Of a DNA stretch of 64,000 bases, positions 28,344-37,888 are shown in pieces. Origin of the DNA: an uncultured bacterium (GTDB lineage Bacteria > Babelota > Babeliae > Babelales > Babelaceae); assembly GCA_963713855.1 (NCBI GenBank), contig OY970209.1, positions 1,024,001-1,088,000 on the forward strand, read 5' to 3'. The notes beneath the pieces are model-generated. The model was given only the letters and a program-made list of their open reading frames with translations. It did no database searches and was not told the origin of the DNA. Made by a program: the position numbers and the translations under genes. Within the stretch, counting starts at the first letter, position 1. Each line of letters begins with the position of its first letter.

Positions 28344-29975
28344 TTAGTATCTCCTGCCGCGGGAAGGTCGCCTTTTTTTTCTGGACTGAATTCCGCCTGG
28401 AATGACGCATGTCACGCTTACTTGTACTCGCCTACTATCAAGCGGTGTGTTTCGTAACACCGTTAAAAGTTCCGGGGTACACTGGGCAGCTACTTTGACG
28501 AACGTTTTATGCCGTAAAATGCGTATCGATTTAATTTGATCCGGCCTTAGGCCCGCCCGGTGAAGATAGTGGCTTACCAATTCTTTTACTACGCCTTCTT
28601 CTATTCCTGCAGAAAGGGAGATTTCTTGCTGTTGGTCATTTTCAACATCCACATGGGTAAATGCTATCTCTTCAAGATCGAGCGTTGAGCAGAATTGGCT
28701 ATAGAGTAGGTGAGCTGCTGCTGTACGAAGTTGCTCTGTAGAAAGTGGAGCAATAAGCGGCTCTACTTCTTTGTAAATTCCCTCTATGCTTTCAGGCAAT
28801 GTGGCTAGATACTTTTGTGCTTCTTGTAACCTTGAAGCGATAAGCTGCTCACGAGATGGTACATCTATAGGATCAATCTTCATTCCAAAGCGCCGTTCAA
28901 GCTGGCGTATATCTCTTTGCTCGTTAGTGCTGATAAATGTTATCGCTATGCCTTCCTTTCCCGCGCGTCCAGTACGCCCAATTCGGTGGACGTAACTTTC
29001 AGGATCCTCCGGTATAGAATAGTTAATAACGTGTGTAAGGCCCGCTATATCGATGCCGCGTGCTGCTACGTCAGTAGCTACAAGCACCGAAAAACCGCGC
29101 TGTTTAAATTTTTTAACCACCCGATTACGCTGCGCTTGACTAAGATCACCATGGAGAGCTTCGACGTTATACTCGTACCGTGCAAGCTGTGCTGCAAGCT
29201 CACCAACGAGCTCTTTAGTACGACAAAAGATAATACCATAAAAGTCTGAAGCACTTTGAATAAAGCGCGTTACCGCATGAAGACGATAGCGATTTGGTAC
29301 CACACAATAGTACTGCTTCGTTTTTTGAGATTCTATCGGTTTAGGAGCAACGCGAACTGAAACCGGGTCTTTCATATGCGTTTTCATAATGTCGCTAATG
29401 CCGGGCTTTACCGTTGCCGAAAAGAGCCAAATCTCACGATCTTTAGGCAAGTGTTTTAAAATATCATTAATTTCTTCTTTAAAGCCCATTTCAAGCATGA
29501 TGTCCGCTTCATCAAGTACAAGCGTGCGAACTTGGGCCAATGAAAGCGTTTTCTGCCGTAAATGATCATTGAGCCTTCCAGGTGTACCAACAACAATGTG
29601 CACACCTTCCTTTAAAGTTCTTTTTTGTTCATCAATTGAAACACCACCGTAAATGACTGCTATTTTTACCGGCATCTTTTGGCCGACTCGCTTGATGCTT
29701 TCATAAATTTGTACGGCAAGCTCACGAGTGGGAGCTACTATAAGCGCTTGAGGAACCTTTTTGGCTAAATCGAGTCGCTGTAAAAGTGGTATACCAAAAG
29801 CAAGTGTTTTTCCGGTACCCGTCTGCGCTTGGCCATGAAAATCAATCGTCTTTGCCGACAAAAGAAGCGGTATAGCCGTTTTTTGAATTTCTGTTGGCTC
29901 TTTAAAGCCAAGCTCATCCAGGCTCTCCTGTATGCTAGGCAAAAGGTGAAGATCATTAAAAGTCTGTATCGACAT
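28344..29975 (-). CDS. deaD: DEAD-box RNA helicase (DeaD/CshA-like)
   Basis: Q motif PTEIQ, AQTGTGKT, PTRELA, TPGR, DEAD, SAT, ARGID, HRIGRTGRAG; C-terminal DbpA-like region. Confidence 0.93.
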   Translation of the reverse strand: MSIQTFNDLHLLPSIQESLDELGFKEPTEIQKTAIPLLLSAKTIDFHGQAQTGTGKTLAFGIPLLQRLDLAKKVPQALIVAPTRELAVQIYESIKRVGQKMPVKIAVIYGGVSIDEQKRTLKEGVHIVVGTPGRLNDHLRQKTLSLAQVRTLVLDEADIMLEMGFKEEINDILKHLPKDREIWLFSATVKPGISDIMKTHMKDPVSVRVAPKPIESQKTKQYYCVVPNRYRLHAVTRFIQSASDFYGIIFCRTKELVGELAAQLARYEYNVEALHGDLSQAQRNRVVKKFKQRGFSVLVATDVAARGIDIAGLTHVINYSIPEDPESYVHRIGRTGRAGKEGIAITFISTNEQRDIRQLERRFGMKIDPIDVPSREQLIASRLQEAQKYLATLPESIEGIYKEVEPLIAPLSTEQLRTAAAHLLYSQFCSTLDLEEIAFTHVDVENDQQQEISLSAGIEEGVVKELVSHYLHRAGLRPDQIKSIRILRHKTFVKVAAQCTPELLTVLRNTPLDSRRVQVSVTCVIPGGIQSRKKRRPSRGRRY

Positions 29976-30163
29976 TGTTTTACTTTTTGTATGAGGATTT
30001 GATTAAATTTTTACCATTTCTTTAAAGATAGCAATTTAAAGGGCCAAAAGGCAATAGTCTCTAGAACGATACATATGAGCTTTTAAGCCGTTACTCACGC
30101 CATTTCTGGCCTTTCGTGCTAAGAGTTTAGTACAATTTGCCTAAAAGAGCTAAAAGGAGTGAT

Positions 30164-30757
30164 ATGCAAAAGCTTAAGGAAGAAGAAATTCCGCCAACTG
30201 AAGATTTGATGAGAGAGCACGGTGTATTGAATCGTGTTTTACTTATCTACGAAGCAATTGTTAAAAGGATTGAACAAGGAGAAGCTTTTGTTGAACCTCT
30301 TTTAAAAGCAGTAGACATCATACAATCTTTTATCGAAAATTATCATGAAAAGCTTGAAGAAACGTATATTTTTCCGCTCTTTGAGCAAAAAAACCTCAAC
30401 GTAAGCTTGATTAAGACATTGAAAAAACAGCATAACAAGGGCCGCATTATAACTTCTCAACTAAAAGAGCTTTTGCGGTCAGCAGAGTCAGCTGCTGAAA
30501 ATCAAAAAATGATAAGGGTACTGCTTAAAAAATTCATCGTAATGTATCGCCCTCATGAAGCTCGGGAAGATACTGTCTTATTCCCTCAGGTTCGCTCGCT
30601 TTTATCAGAAGAGGCTTTTAAAAAACTTGGCGAGAAATTTGAAGATTTAGAGCACGAGCTTTTTGGTCCTGAAGGCTTTCAAGCTATTGTTAGAAAGGTT
30701 GAAAGTATCGAAAAAGAGCTCGGTATCTATCGGCTCGAGCAATTTACCCCTTCGTGA
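30164..30757 (+). CDS. Hemerythrin-like (HHE) domain protein
   Basis: EDLMREHGVL.R, YHEKLEE.YIFP, QH..GR, YRPHEAREDTVLFP; RBS aaggag. Confidence 0.85.
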   Translation: MQKLKEEEIPPTEDLMREHGVLNRVLLIYEAIVKRIEQGEAFVEPLLKAVDIIQSFIENYHEKLEETYIFPLFEQKNLNVSLIKTLKKQHNKGRIITSQLKELLRSAESAAENQKMIRVLLKKFIVMYRPHEAREDTVLFPQVRSLLSEEAFKKLGEKFEDLEHELFGPEGFQAIVRKVESIEKELGIYRLEQFTPS

Positions 30758-30768
30758 GATCAGCTTAA

Positions 30769-32541
30769 TTAGGTCAGAATCATCTGATCCGGCACGAGAG
30801 CTTGGGTCGGAGGTTGAGGCAGTGCTCTTGCATACGCATTAAACGCAGCGTTCATATCCCCTACGGGTCTTCTTGAACGTGTGTAACTGGCCAAATATGC
30901 TATGTTTCTATGAAGCTCTACGGGTAGTGCGGGAACAGTATCGTCCACCACACGACCGTGTACCGGATCCCGCTCTAAAGAGAGTAGCATGAGGCGTCTC
31001 ATGCGTCTAATAAGTAGGTGATCTTGTAGCATCCTACGAATTCTTGTGTAGGACGATCTTAGCCCTATTGTAAGATGCATGTTGCCTAATGCTGCGGTTA
31101 TTCGTAATCCTGCAGGATTTAAGTCTATGCCAAGATTATTTAGATGAAGTTCATCGTAATCAAGCAAAACTCTTACAAGATAGACATCCCCTCTGATAGC
31201 TGCTTCAAGCAGTATAGTACCCAGAAACGGTACGATATTGATTTTCATCTTTGAAGCAAGTGCTGCGAGATCGAGGAATAATGACTCATTCCCGTTTCGT
31301 CCAGCAAAACGCATCAAGCGCACAAGGTTTTCTTGCGTTATGAGCGTTCTAAGATCGTATTGAGCCGAAAGCGGCGGGTAAAGATTTGCGTTATTTTGTC
31401 CGATAATACGCGCTAGAGCCCTATTAATAGTTGTGGCAAAATCGCTGTGCGTAGGATCAAGTTGGGTTATTAGCCACTTAAAAAGTTCTTCATTGCCTGT
31501 GCCGGCTGTTGTAATGAAAGCTCGTAAAAGCGTTATTTGGTCAAAAGTATATGCTTGATGTAATTTTTGAGCTATCTCTTCGTGTTGTTGTCCAACTGCG
31601 AGTAAGAATGCCTCTATAAGGACCACATCCTTGTCCTTCATAGCATCTTTATTATTTTCGATATATTCCGTGACAGCTTCGAGTCTATTCATCAAAACTG
31701 CTTTAAAAATTTCCCTCTTACCGCAAATACTATCAAAAAGATTTGGAAATCGGGAGAACGGTAAATGATCTAACGAGCCGCCTTCCTCCAAAAACACTCT
31801 TAAAAGTAAACAAAGATAAGGATGTCGTTCGATACGTTGCTCAAAACGATTGAGCGCTGCAAAGTTTATTACCGGCTGAGCTCCCGCTTCAAGTAAAGTA
31901 CCCATAAATAACTGTATGAAACCTGCTATAAAGGTAACGCTTGAATCCCTTTTGGAATACTCTTCTTGGATGGCCTTTTGAAATTCTTCGTGCAGCATTT
32001 TTATGCTATTAAGAAGTCGTCTATTTATTCGATCTGGAATGGTCTTTAGTCCCAAATCCGCTGAGCCATTTAAAAGATCACCGTACGTATTTATGCTTTT
32101 TGCTGAAAAGAGGCCAAGATATGCTTCTGTAAGCTTCTCTATAAGACAAGCAAAAATGGTATCTCCAGACGCCTCAGTTCTAGCGTTAACGTCAGCTCCT
32201 TCCTCAATAGCATAGATGAAGGCTAGCACATCCCCATTGTACAAAAGCCTTTCTAGAAGAATCTGTATGAATGGTCGCTTGGCATAAGAGAAATTAAGGT
32301 GGCCGCCATCGTTCAATTTGCTTTCTATTCGGTCCCATTCTTGGTTGCAGAAAGCAGTGTAGAGATCTTTTATAAAGCTTTTTTTGCGCTTGGGTCTTTT
32401 AGAGCATTTTCCTTCTTCTAAACTCTCCTCATTCCTGTGACGCTTCTGGCGAAGCTGTTCATCCCCGCCTTCCATGCCCATTAGGTATGAGCCGCATAGA
32501 AGAATGACAAAAAGCCCGCTAAAAGTAAAAAACGATTTCAT
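30769..32541 (-). CDS. Secreted protein with ankyrin-like repeats, basic NLS-like segment and C-terminal F-box-like motif
   Basis: Signal peptide; GADVNART..GDT; A..G helical repeats; KRPKRKK; LPVELHRNIAYL. Confidence 0.7.
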   Translation of the reverse strand: MKSFFTFSGLFVILLCGSYLMGMEGGDEQLRQKRHRNEESLEEGKCSKRPKRKKSFIKDLYTAFCNQEWDRIESKLNDGGHLNFSYAKRPFIQILLERLLYNGDVLAFIYAIEEGADVNARTEASGDTIFACLIEKLTEAYLGLFSAKSINTYGDLLNGSADLGLKTIPDRINRRLLNSIKMLHEEFQKAIQEEYSKRDSSVTFIAGFIQLFMGTLLEAGAQPVINFAALNRFEQRIERHPYLCLLLRVFLEEGGSLDHLPFSRFPNLFDSICGKREIFKAVLMNRLEAVTEYIENNKDAMKDKDVVLIEAFLLAVGQQHEEIAQKLHQAYTFDQITLLRAFITTAGTGNEELFKWLITQLDPTHSDFATTINRALARIIGQNNANLYPPLSAQYDLRTLITQENLVRLMRFAGRNGNESLFLDLAALASKMKINIVPFLGTILLEAAIRGDVYLVRVLLDYDELHLNNLGIDLNPAGLRITAALGNMHLTIGLRSSYTRIRRMLQDHLLIRRMRRLMLLSLERDPVHGRVVDDTVPALPVELHRNIAYLASYTRSRRPVGDMNAAFNAYARALPQPPTQALVPDQMILT

Positions 32542-32735
32542 GGTCACCTGTAATTAATTATTTGAATGATACAAAAATTATTACTCAGACAGAATATTTT
32601 GTCAAAAAAGTTGCTTGATTCAGGGCATTTTTTGATAAGTGTTTTTCATTATCTTGATATTGGATTTGAACTCTATTGCTTTTTGGAGGTATATTTTTTA
32701 TTCTTTTTTAATGTTTTGAAGCATGAGGAGAGAAG

Positions 32736-32942
32736 ATGAAGATATTGTTTGTGTGTTTACTGGTAGCGGGTATGTTTTTTAGCTTGCAGGCATCGGCTGG
32801 CATTGCAGAAAAGTACGAAGGAAAATGCGGACTTTGCCATGGACCATTAGATGCTGCATCTGAAGAATTCTCGCGCATCGACAATTGTCCATGTAACTTT
32901 CACGCCCACTGCCTGAAAACTTTTAGAGGCGAAAGCGAATAG
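32736..32942 (+). CDS. Small secreted protein with an incomplete RING-finger-like motif
   Basis: RBS gaggag; signal peptide ending ASA; CGLC-x16-CPCNFHAHCL but no final CxxC. Confidence 0.55.
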   Translation: MKILFVCLLVAGMFFSLQASAGIAEKYEGKCGLCHGPLDAASEEFSRIDNCPCNFHAHCLKTFRGESE

Positions 32943-32953
32943 CTTGCTTTGCC

Positions 32954-34144
32954 TTATGAACCTAGATAGGGAAGCCTTTCTGCAATGTTGGGCGTTGGTA
33001 AGGCGCGTTCAAGCTCTGTTGATGGCTGAACAGGCAAATGAATTTCTTCAAACCTAGGCGCAAGCAGCGCAAAAATGTGCTCAAGATTATTACGTTGTCT
33101 TTCTTCTAGCTCTATGCCTGTGCCCAAGAGATCGGACAAAGAAGACCTTCCTCGCAAAGCTGTTCTATTCAGGATTGTACGAACATGTAGTGCTACTGAA
33201 AGTGTATCGAGTGTTATATTAAGCTTTTGAGCGTAAGCTAGGATAGCTATTACTGCTTCCACTTTTCCTTGCGATGCCGCCCATAAGAGTGCTTTGTTAA
33301 GAGCAGCTATAACTGCGGCTTTTTTTGGCTTTGCAATTAAAAGTGCTTGAAGCAACGAGTGCATAAGTGCTGGTTCGCCAATCATGGCTGCGCGCACAAA
33401 AGCTTCTGAAAGCACACTGGCTGAGAGACTAAAACGCAATATCCTTTTTACGACGTATGTTTGGCCTTGAGATACCATGAAGAGTAACGCAACTTCCATT
33501 AGCCTTCTCACGACCGGTGCTCGACGTCGCCTTTCTTTTATTTCCTCTTCATTTGACGGTTCTCTTCTAAAGTATTCATATGCTTCATCAATCGTAGAAA
33601 GTATTTCATTGAGATCGCCGGTTTTGATATAGGGCACTATTAAGCCGTTTTTTGCTATGGGAAAACTCGTACTCAGCATGGTTCTTAGGAGCTTGCCTGA
33701 AGCAGTTTTAGAAATTTTTTCTACCGATAGGCCACGTAAGCTGAGCCAAAGAAAGAGGTAGAACTCCCAATTTTGGGCAAGTAATTTTTTAGCATGGTAT
33801 TCGTTCATTCCCGTGAGCCTTAAAAAAAGTTTTGCTAGTTTTTTGGTTGACACAGGTAAGCTGTCGATTGGTAGGCCCGCTAATAATAATTGTTCGAAAA
33901 TGCCATAAATTGAGCTCATTGGCGACCGAGTGCTGTGCATAAAACGTGAGTAGACCTCATGAAGGTTTAAGTCCTCTACATGATCTATAAGAGTTGTCCA
34001 GTTTCTTGGTGTTGCCAATGTGCCTTTAGTTTCTGTTTTTTTTGACTTTTCAGCTTCTTTTTCTTTTCCATTTACCCCATTAATAGGCAGAAAATGTACA
34101 AGCGAGCTCATGAATAAAACATAAAATAAGTAATTTTTTGACAT
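32954..34144 (-). CDS. Secreted hypothetical protein with degenerate ankyrin-like repeats
   Basis: Signal peptide; ALLFMVSQGQ, AFVRAAMIGE and ALLWAASQGK repeats like those in 30769..32541. Confidence 0.7.
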   Translation of the reverse strand: MSKNYLFYVLFMSSLVHFLPINGVNGKEKEAEKSKKTETKGTLATPRNWTTLIDHVEDLNLHEVYSRFMHSTRSPMSSIYGIFEQLLLAGLPIDSLPVSTKKLAKLFLRLTGMNEYHAKKLLAQNWEFYLFLWLSLRGLSVEKISKTASGKLLRTMLSTSFPIAKNGLIVPYIKTGDLNEILSTIDEAYEYFRREPSNEEEIKERRRRAPVVRRLMEVALLFMVSQGQTYVVKRILRFSLSASVLSEAFVRAAMIGEPALMHSLLQALLIAKPKKAAVIAALNKALLWAASQGKVEAVIAILAYAQKLNITLDTLSVALHVRTILNRTALRGRSSLSDLLGTGIELEERQRNNLEHIFALLAPRFEEIHLPVQPSTELERALPTPNIAERLPYLGS

Positions 34145-34450
34145 TTGTTAAAAGACCTTTTTTTACATAGTCTAGCGCTTTAATTGTTCAATAGTCAATA
34201 ATGTAAGTAAATATCCGATTAATTTTGAAAGCGGGTCTGTGGATAAATAGCCGTTGCGTAGGAGATAACTTCGAGCTCAAGTTTTTTTTGAATCTGATAT
34301 GGTGCATGAAAGAAAGTTAAATCATTTTGTCGTTTATGAGCTTAGCATAGTAAATAATTTTATATCTGAATAAATTATTGATTTTAAAAATATCATTTTG
34401 CTAGTATTGAATCATAAATAGATTGATAGATCATCCTCAAAGGAGAAATT

Positions 34451-34993
34451 ATGAGGCTCATCAAGATAGTTGGCTATGTACTGTCAATGACCATTATAGC
34501 TGCTGGAAGTTCTGTATATCCCGTTACAATAACCATGAAAAATACCTCGGATCGCGAGGTAACCATTGTAGTGTTTGCAAAACCCTGCACTATGCCAAAT
34601 TGTTTCGGAACTCATTATATTTTCCCACTTTTGCCCAACGAGGAGCAGAAAAAAGATATTAGATCTGATTGTGTAGGTAATGCTATGCTTTGGATGTGCA
34701 AAGATTGTGTAAAATCGAAGGGTAATTCTATCACTTTTAAGGAATTTCCAAATACAGGTTTCGCACCAGCAAAACCTGATACGACTATATGGCTACCCAT
34801 ATGCGATGACGTGAAGTTGACTGTTCGACGAGATCCGGGTTACGGTTGGGAGTTGTCTGCTGATCCAGTTATCTCATATTGGAAACATTTCAAGAATTTG
34901 ATAGGAAAGGGAAAAGGCGAGAAACTTCGGGCAATTGCCTGGTCAATTAGCGGTCGCACCGGCGATACTCATACCTCGTATAACTATTATTAG
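34451..34993 (+). CDS. Secreted hypothetical protein
   Basis: RBS aaggag; signal peptide; 6 Cys. Confidence 0.7.
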   Translation: MRLIKIVGYVLSMTIIAAGSSVYPVTITMKNTSDREVTIVVFAKPCTMPNCFGTHYIFPLLPNEEQKKDIRSDCVGNAMLWMCKDCVKSKGNSITFKEFPNTGFAPAKPDTTIWLPICDDVKLTVRRDPGYGWELSADPVISYWKHFKNLIGKGKGEKLRAIAWSISGRTGDTHTSYNYY

Positions 34994-35230
34994 GTTAGCC
35001 TGCTGATAATAATTCCTGAATTGTCGAGTGCTCATATCGTATTGTTATTAGTACGTAGACGGCTTTTTCTTATATTGTAAAACGCTTTAAGGCTTTCAAA
35101 AATTGGTCAATATTGTCTCGTGGACTGTTTCGAATAGTTCATCTATTATCTGATTCTTGATTCTACGCTTCTTATCCAAGTACTCTACCAAAGGTAGAGG
35201 ATCGCAACATTTTTAGAAAATAGGCACAGT

Positions 35231-36124
35231 ATGTTTCTTTATAGTTGTACATTGATTTTAAGTACGCTTTGCGTTTCCCTTCATGCAAGTAATAAATCTC
35301 TCTCCCACTTGCATGTTGATTTTGATACCTCCATGGGCAAAGGAACTCCGGAGTATGAAAAGAAATTTGCAGATCCTGTAAAGCGTAAAGCGCTTGAAAG
35401 CGCCCGTGAGCTCTATGAAAAAAATAATCTTTCACGCGTCACCTATCTTGATGAAGTAAAAATTCCTCGCATCATTCACCAAATTTGGGTCGGGGATAAA
35501 CCGCTTCCCAAAAATTACTCAAGGTTAAAAAAGACGTGGACTAAGCACCATCCCGGCTGGGCATACAAATTATGGACACCAAAAAAAATCAAGCGACTCA
35601 CTTTACATAATAGAAAATTTTACGATCGAGCCCGTGAACCGGAAGAAAAGGCCAATATATTGCGCTATGAGCTGCTGGACAAATTTGGTGGTTTATATTG
35701 TGATGTCGATTTTAAGTGTTTAAAATCTTTTGAGCCGCTTCATCATTGTTATGATTTTTACACTGGTTTAACCCCTTTAGATTCTGCTGTCATGCTTAAC
35801 AATGCTCTCATCGGGTGTACACCCGGGCATCCTATAATCAAACACTGTATCAGAAGTATGAAAGACACTATGAATAAATCTAATCGCTTTTTTCGTAATG
35901 GCGTAGGCTTTTTTTCTCAAGTATTCACCGCTTTAGCTCCGCGTGTTCCCGGTGTCACGATTGCTTTTCCCCCAACCTATTTCTATCCACTTAAGTTGAC
36001 CTATAACGCGCACGAGCTTGTTGATTGCTTAAAGTCCGAATCTTTTGCGGTTCATTATTGGGCAAGTAGGCATGGTCAAAATACGCCCCATTTAAAAAAT
36101 AAAGCAGCTCTCAAAAAGTCATAG
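35231..36124 (+). CDS. Glycosyltransferase family 32 (DXD, OCH1-like) with signal peptide
   Basis: IPRIIHQIWVG, W...HPGW.YKLW, ANILRYELL.KFGGLYCDVD, NALIGCTPGHP, HYW. Confidence 0.88.
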   Translation: MFLYSCTLILSTLCVSLHASNKSLSHLHVDFDTSMGKGTPEYEKKFADPVKRKALESARELYEKNNLSRVTYLDEVKIPRIIHQIWVGDKPLPKNYSRLKKTWTKHHPGWAYKLWTPKKIKRLTLHNRKFYDRAREPEEKANILRYELLDKFGGLYCDVDFKCLKSFEPLHHCYDFYTGLTPLDSAVMLNNALIGCTPGHPIIKHCIRSMKDTMNKSNRFFRNGVGFFSQVFTALAPRVPGVTIAFPPTYFYPLKLTYNAHELVDCLKSESFAVHYWASRHGQNTPHLKNKAALKKS

Positions 36125-36229
36125 ATAGCAGTTCTAGCCGCGGCGTCATTTTTTTGTAAAAGACTTCTTTTCGGCTTTGCTTTTAAAAGCTATACTGCCC
36201 ATAAGATCGAGCCTACAAGGAGAGGGATT

Positions 36230-37372
36230 ATGAAGTTGAAAGCGCTCTTTTTTCTTACTTACTGTCTAGCCATTTACGCACAACCCAAGGGCTGTCATGA
36301 GCTCTTGGAGCCTGGAAAAGTATGCCCAGAGCCTAACACAGTTTCTTTACGTGATGAAAGTGACATCTACTGCGTGGTGCTTGCTGGAGGTAATGGTGAG
36401 CGGCTTTGGCCATTGAGCAGAAAAGATAAGCCCAAGCAGTTTCTTTCATTAGATGCACAGGGTTCTATTTTTGAATCCACGCTTGACCGCATGCAAAAGA
36501 TCAAAGGAAATAAGCATTTTTGGGCAGTAACAACTAAAGCACTCTATGAGCCTTTAAAGCAGCTAGCAAAAGATAGGATTGAGCATTACGTCGTTGAGCC
36601 TGCAAGAAGAAACACTGCGCCTGCGATACTGTTAACATGTCTATCAATAGCACAAAAAGATCCCCATGCCCGTGTTATTTTTTTGCCATGCGATCAACAT
36701 GTACCCGATAGTGAGGCTTTTACAAAAACGCTTAATCTGCTTTTAGACGCGCCGTCTATTGGGGGCATTACGCTTATTGGCCTCAAACCAGAGCGTCCCG
36801 CAACGGGATACGGTTACATTAAGTTTGATCCGGCAAAAGAGGGCATTTCTCCAGCGCTCGGTTTTTTTGAAAAACCAACTTTAGCGCGCGCGCAAGAATA
36901 TATGGAATCAGGAAACATGCTTTGGAATACTGGTATTTTCTTTGGTAAAGTCATCGATTTTATCGAAGAGTATCGAAAATATGCACCAGAAGTACTTAAC
37001 TCAGTTGAAGCTTTCTTAAAAGGAGAGGGTATCTATGAGGATGCGCCTAACACTTCTATAGATTATGCAGTTTTAGAGCACAGTAATGCCGTCAATGTAT
37101 TACCAGCGTCATTTGCATGGTCTGACATAGGTAGCATAGTGACTTTTCTCTCGCTTAAAGGTGAGCCATCAGATAGGTCTACTATTGCCATTGATGCACA
37201 GAACAACCTTATTGAAACAAGCAAAAAACTTGTTGCACTCATTGGTGTATCGGACCTTTGCATAGCGGAAACGGATGACGTTCTTATGGTTACTCATTGC
37301 AGTAGAGCCGAAGAAGTAAAGCGTGTTGTAGCCGAGCTTGTCAAGGATGACAAGTATCAAAGGTACTTATGA
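36230..37372 (+). CDS. manC: Mannose-1-phosphate guanylyltransferase with signal-peptide-like extension
   Basis: VLAGGNGERLWPLSR..KPKQF, EPARRNTAPAI, TGYGYI, FFEKP, WNTGIF, SIDYAVLE, WSDIGS. Confidence 0.9.
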   Translation: MKLKALFFLTYCLAIYAQPKGCHELLEPGKVCPEPNTVSLRDESDIYCVVLAGGNGERLWPLSRKDKPKQFLSLDAQGSIFESTLDRMQKIKGNKHFWAVTTKALYEPLKQLAKDRIEHYVVEPARRNTAPAILLTCLSIAQKDPHARVIFLPCDQHVPDSEAFTKTLNLLLDAPSIGGITLIGLKPERPATGYGYIKFDPAKEGISPALGFFEKPTLARAQEYMESGNMLWNTGIFFGKVIDFIEEYRKYAPEVLNSVEAFLKGEGIYEDAPNTSIDYAVLEHSNAVNVLPASFAWSDIGSIVTFLSLKGEPSDRSTIAIDAQNNLIETSKKLVALIGVSDLCIAETDDVLMVTHCSRAEEVKRVVAELVKDDKYQRYL

Positions 37373-37884
37373 TTGATATGGTCTTTCTGCTCCTGTTATC
37401 AGCAGGAGCAGTCCTTTTTGAGCACGGCAAAAAATCTTTAAAGCACTTTAAGTATAGACCCATGCTCCATATTTTCTTAGCAGCGCTTTTATCCCTTCTT
37501 CTTGTGTTTCTAACTGCGGTTGTAATTAGAAGTGTAAGCACACCGACAAGATTTTTGATTCAGATCAGTTTTTTAGCCATAGTAATCCAAGCCGCTTATA
37601 AGCATTCGCGTGCTTACTTTACAAAAGCGACCATCAATAACCGCGTATACCTTTTTAAGGCGGTAGGTGCGAGCACAGCGCTCATGTGGGTTTTTGTAAT
37701 TGTTTTTATTATAAATGAAGCGTTTACCCTTAGGCAAAAATGTAGCGTTTTGGCATCACCCACGCCGTGTTACACGCTAATGCACCTAAGTCTTGCTAAA
37801 ATTTCTCTCTTTTTTCTCGGCATCCTCGTTCTTTTGATCATCGCGGATACTTGGGTTTTTAAGACTGAATTTAGGCCAGAGTAG
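37369..37884 (+). CDS. Hypothetical membrane protein
   Basis: 4-bp overlap with manC; about 5 hydrophobic segments. Confidence 0.65.
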   Translation: MIDMVFLLLLSAGAVLFEHGKKSLKHFKYRPMLHIFLAALLSLLLVFLTAVVIRSVSTPTRFLIQISFLAIVIQAAYKHSRAYFTKATINNRVYLFKAVGASTALMWVFVIVFIINEAFTLRQKCSVLASPTPCYTLMHLSLAKISLFFLGILVLLIIADTWVFKTEFRPE

Positions 37885-37888
37885 CTTA

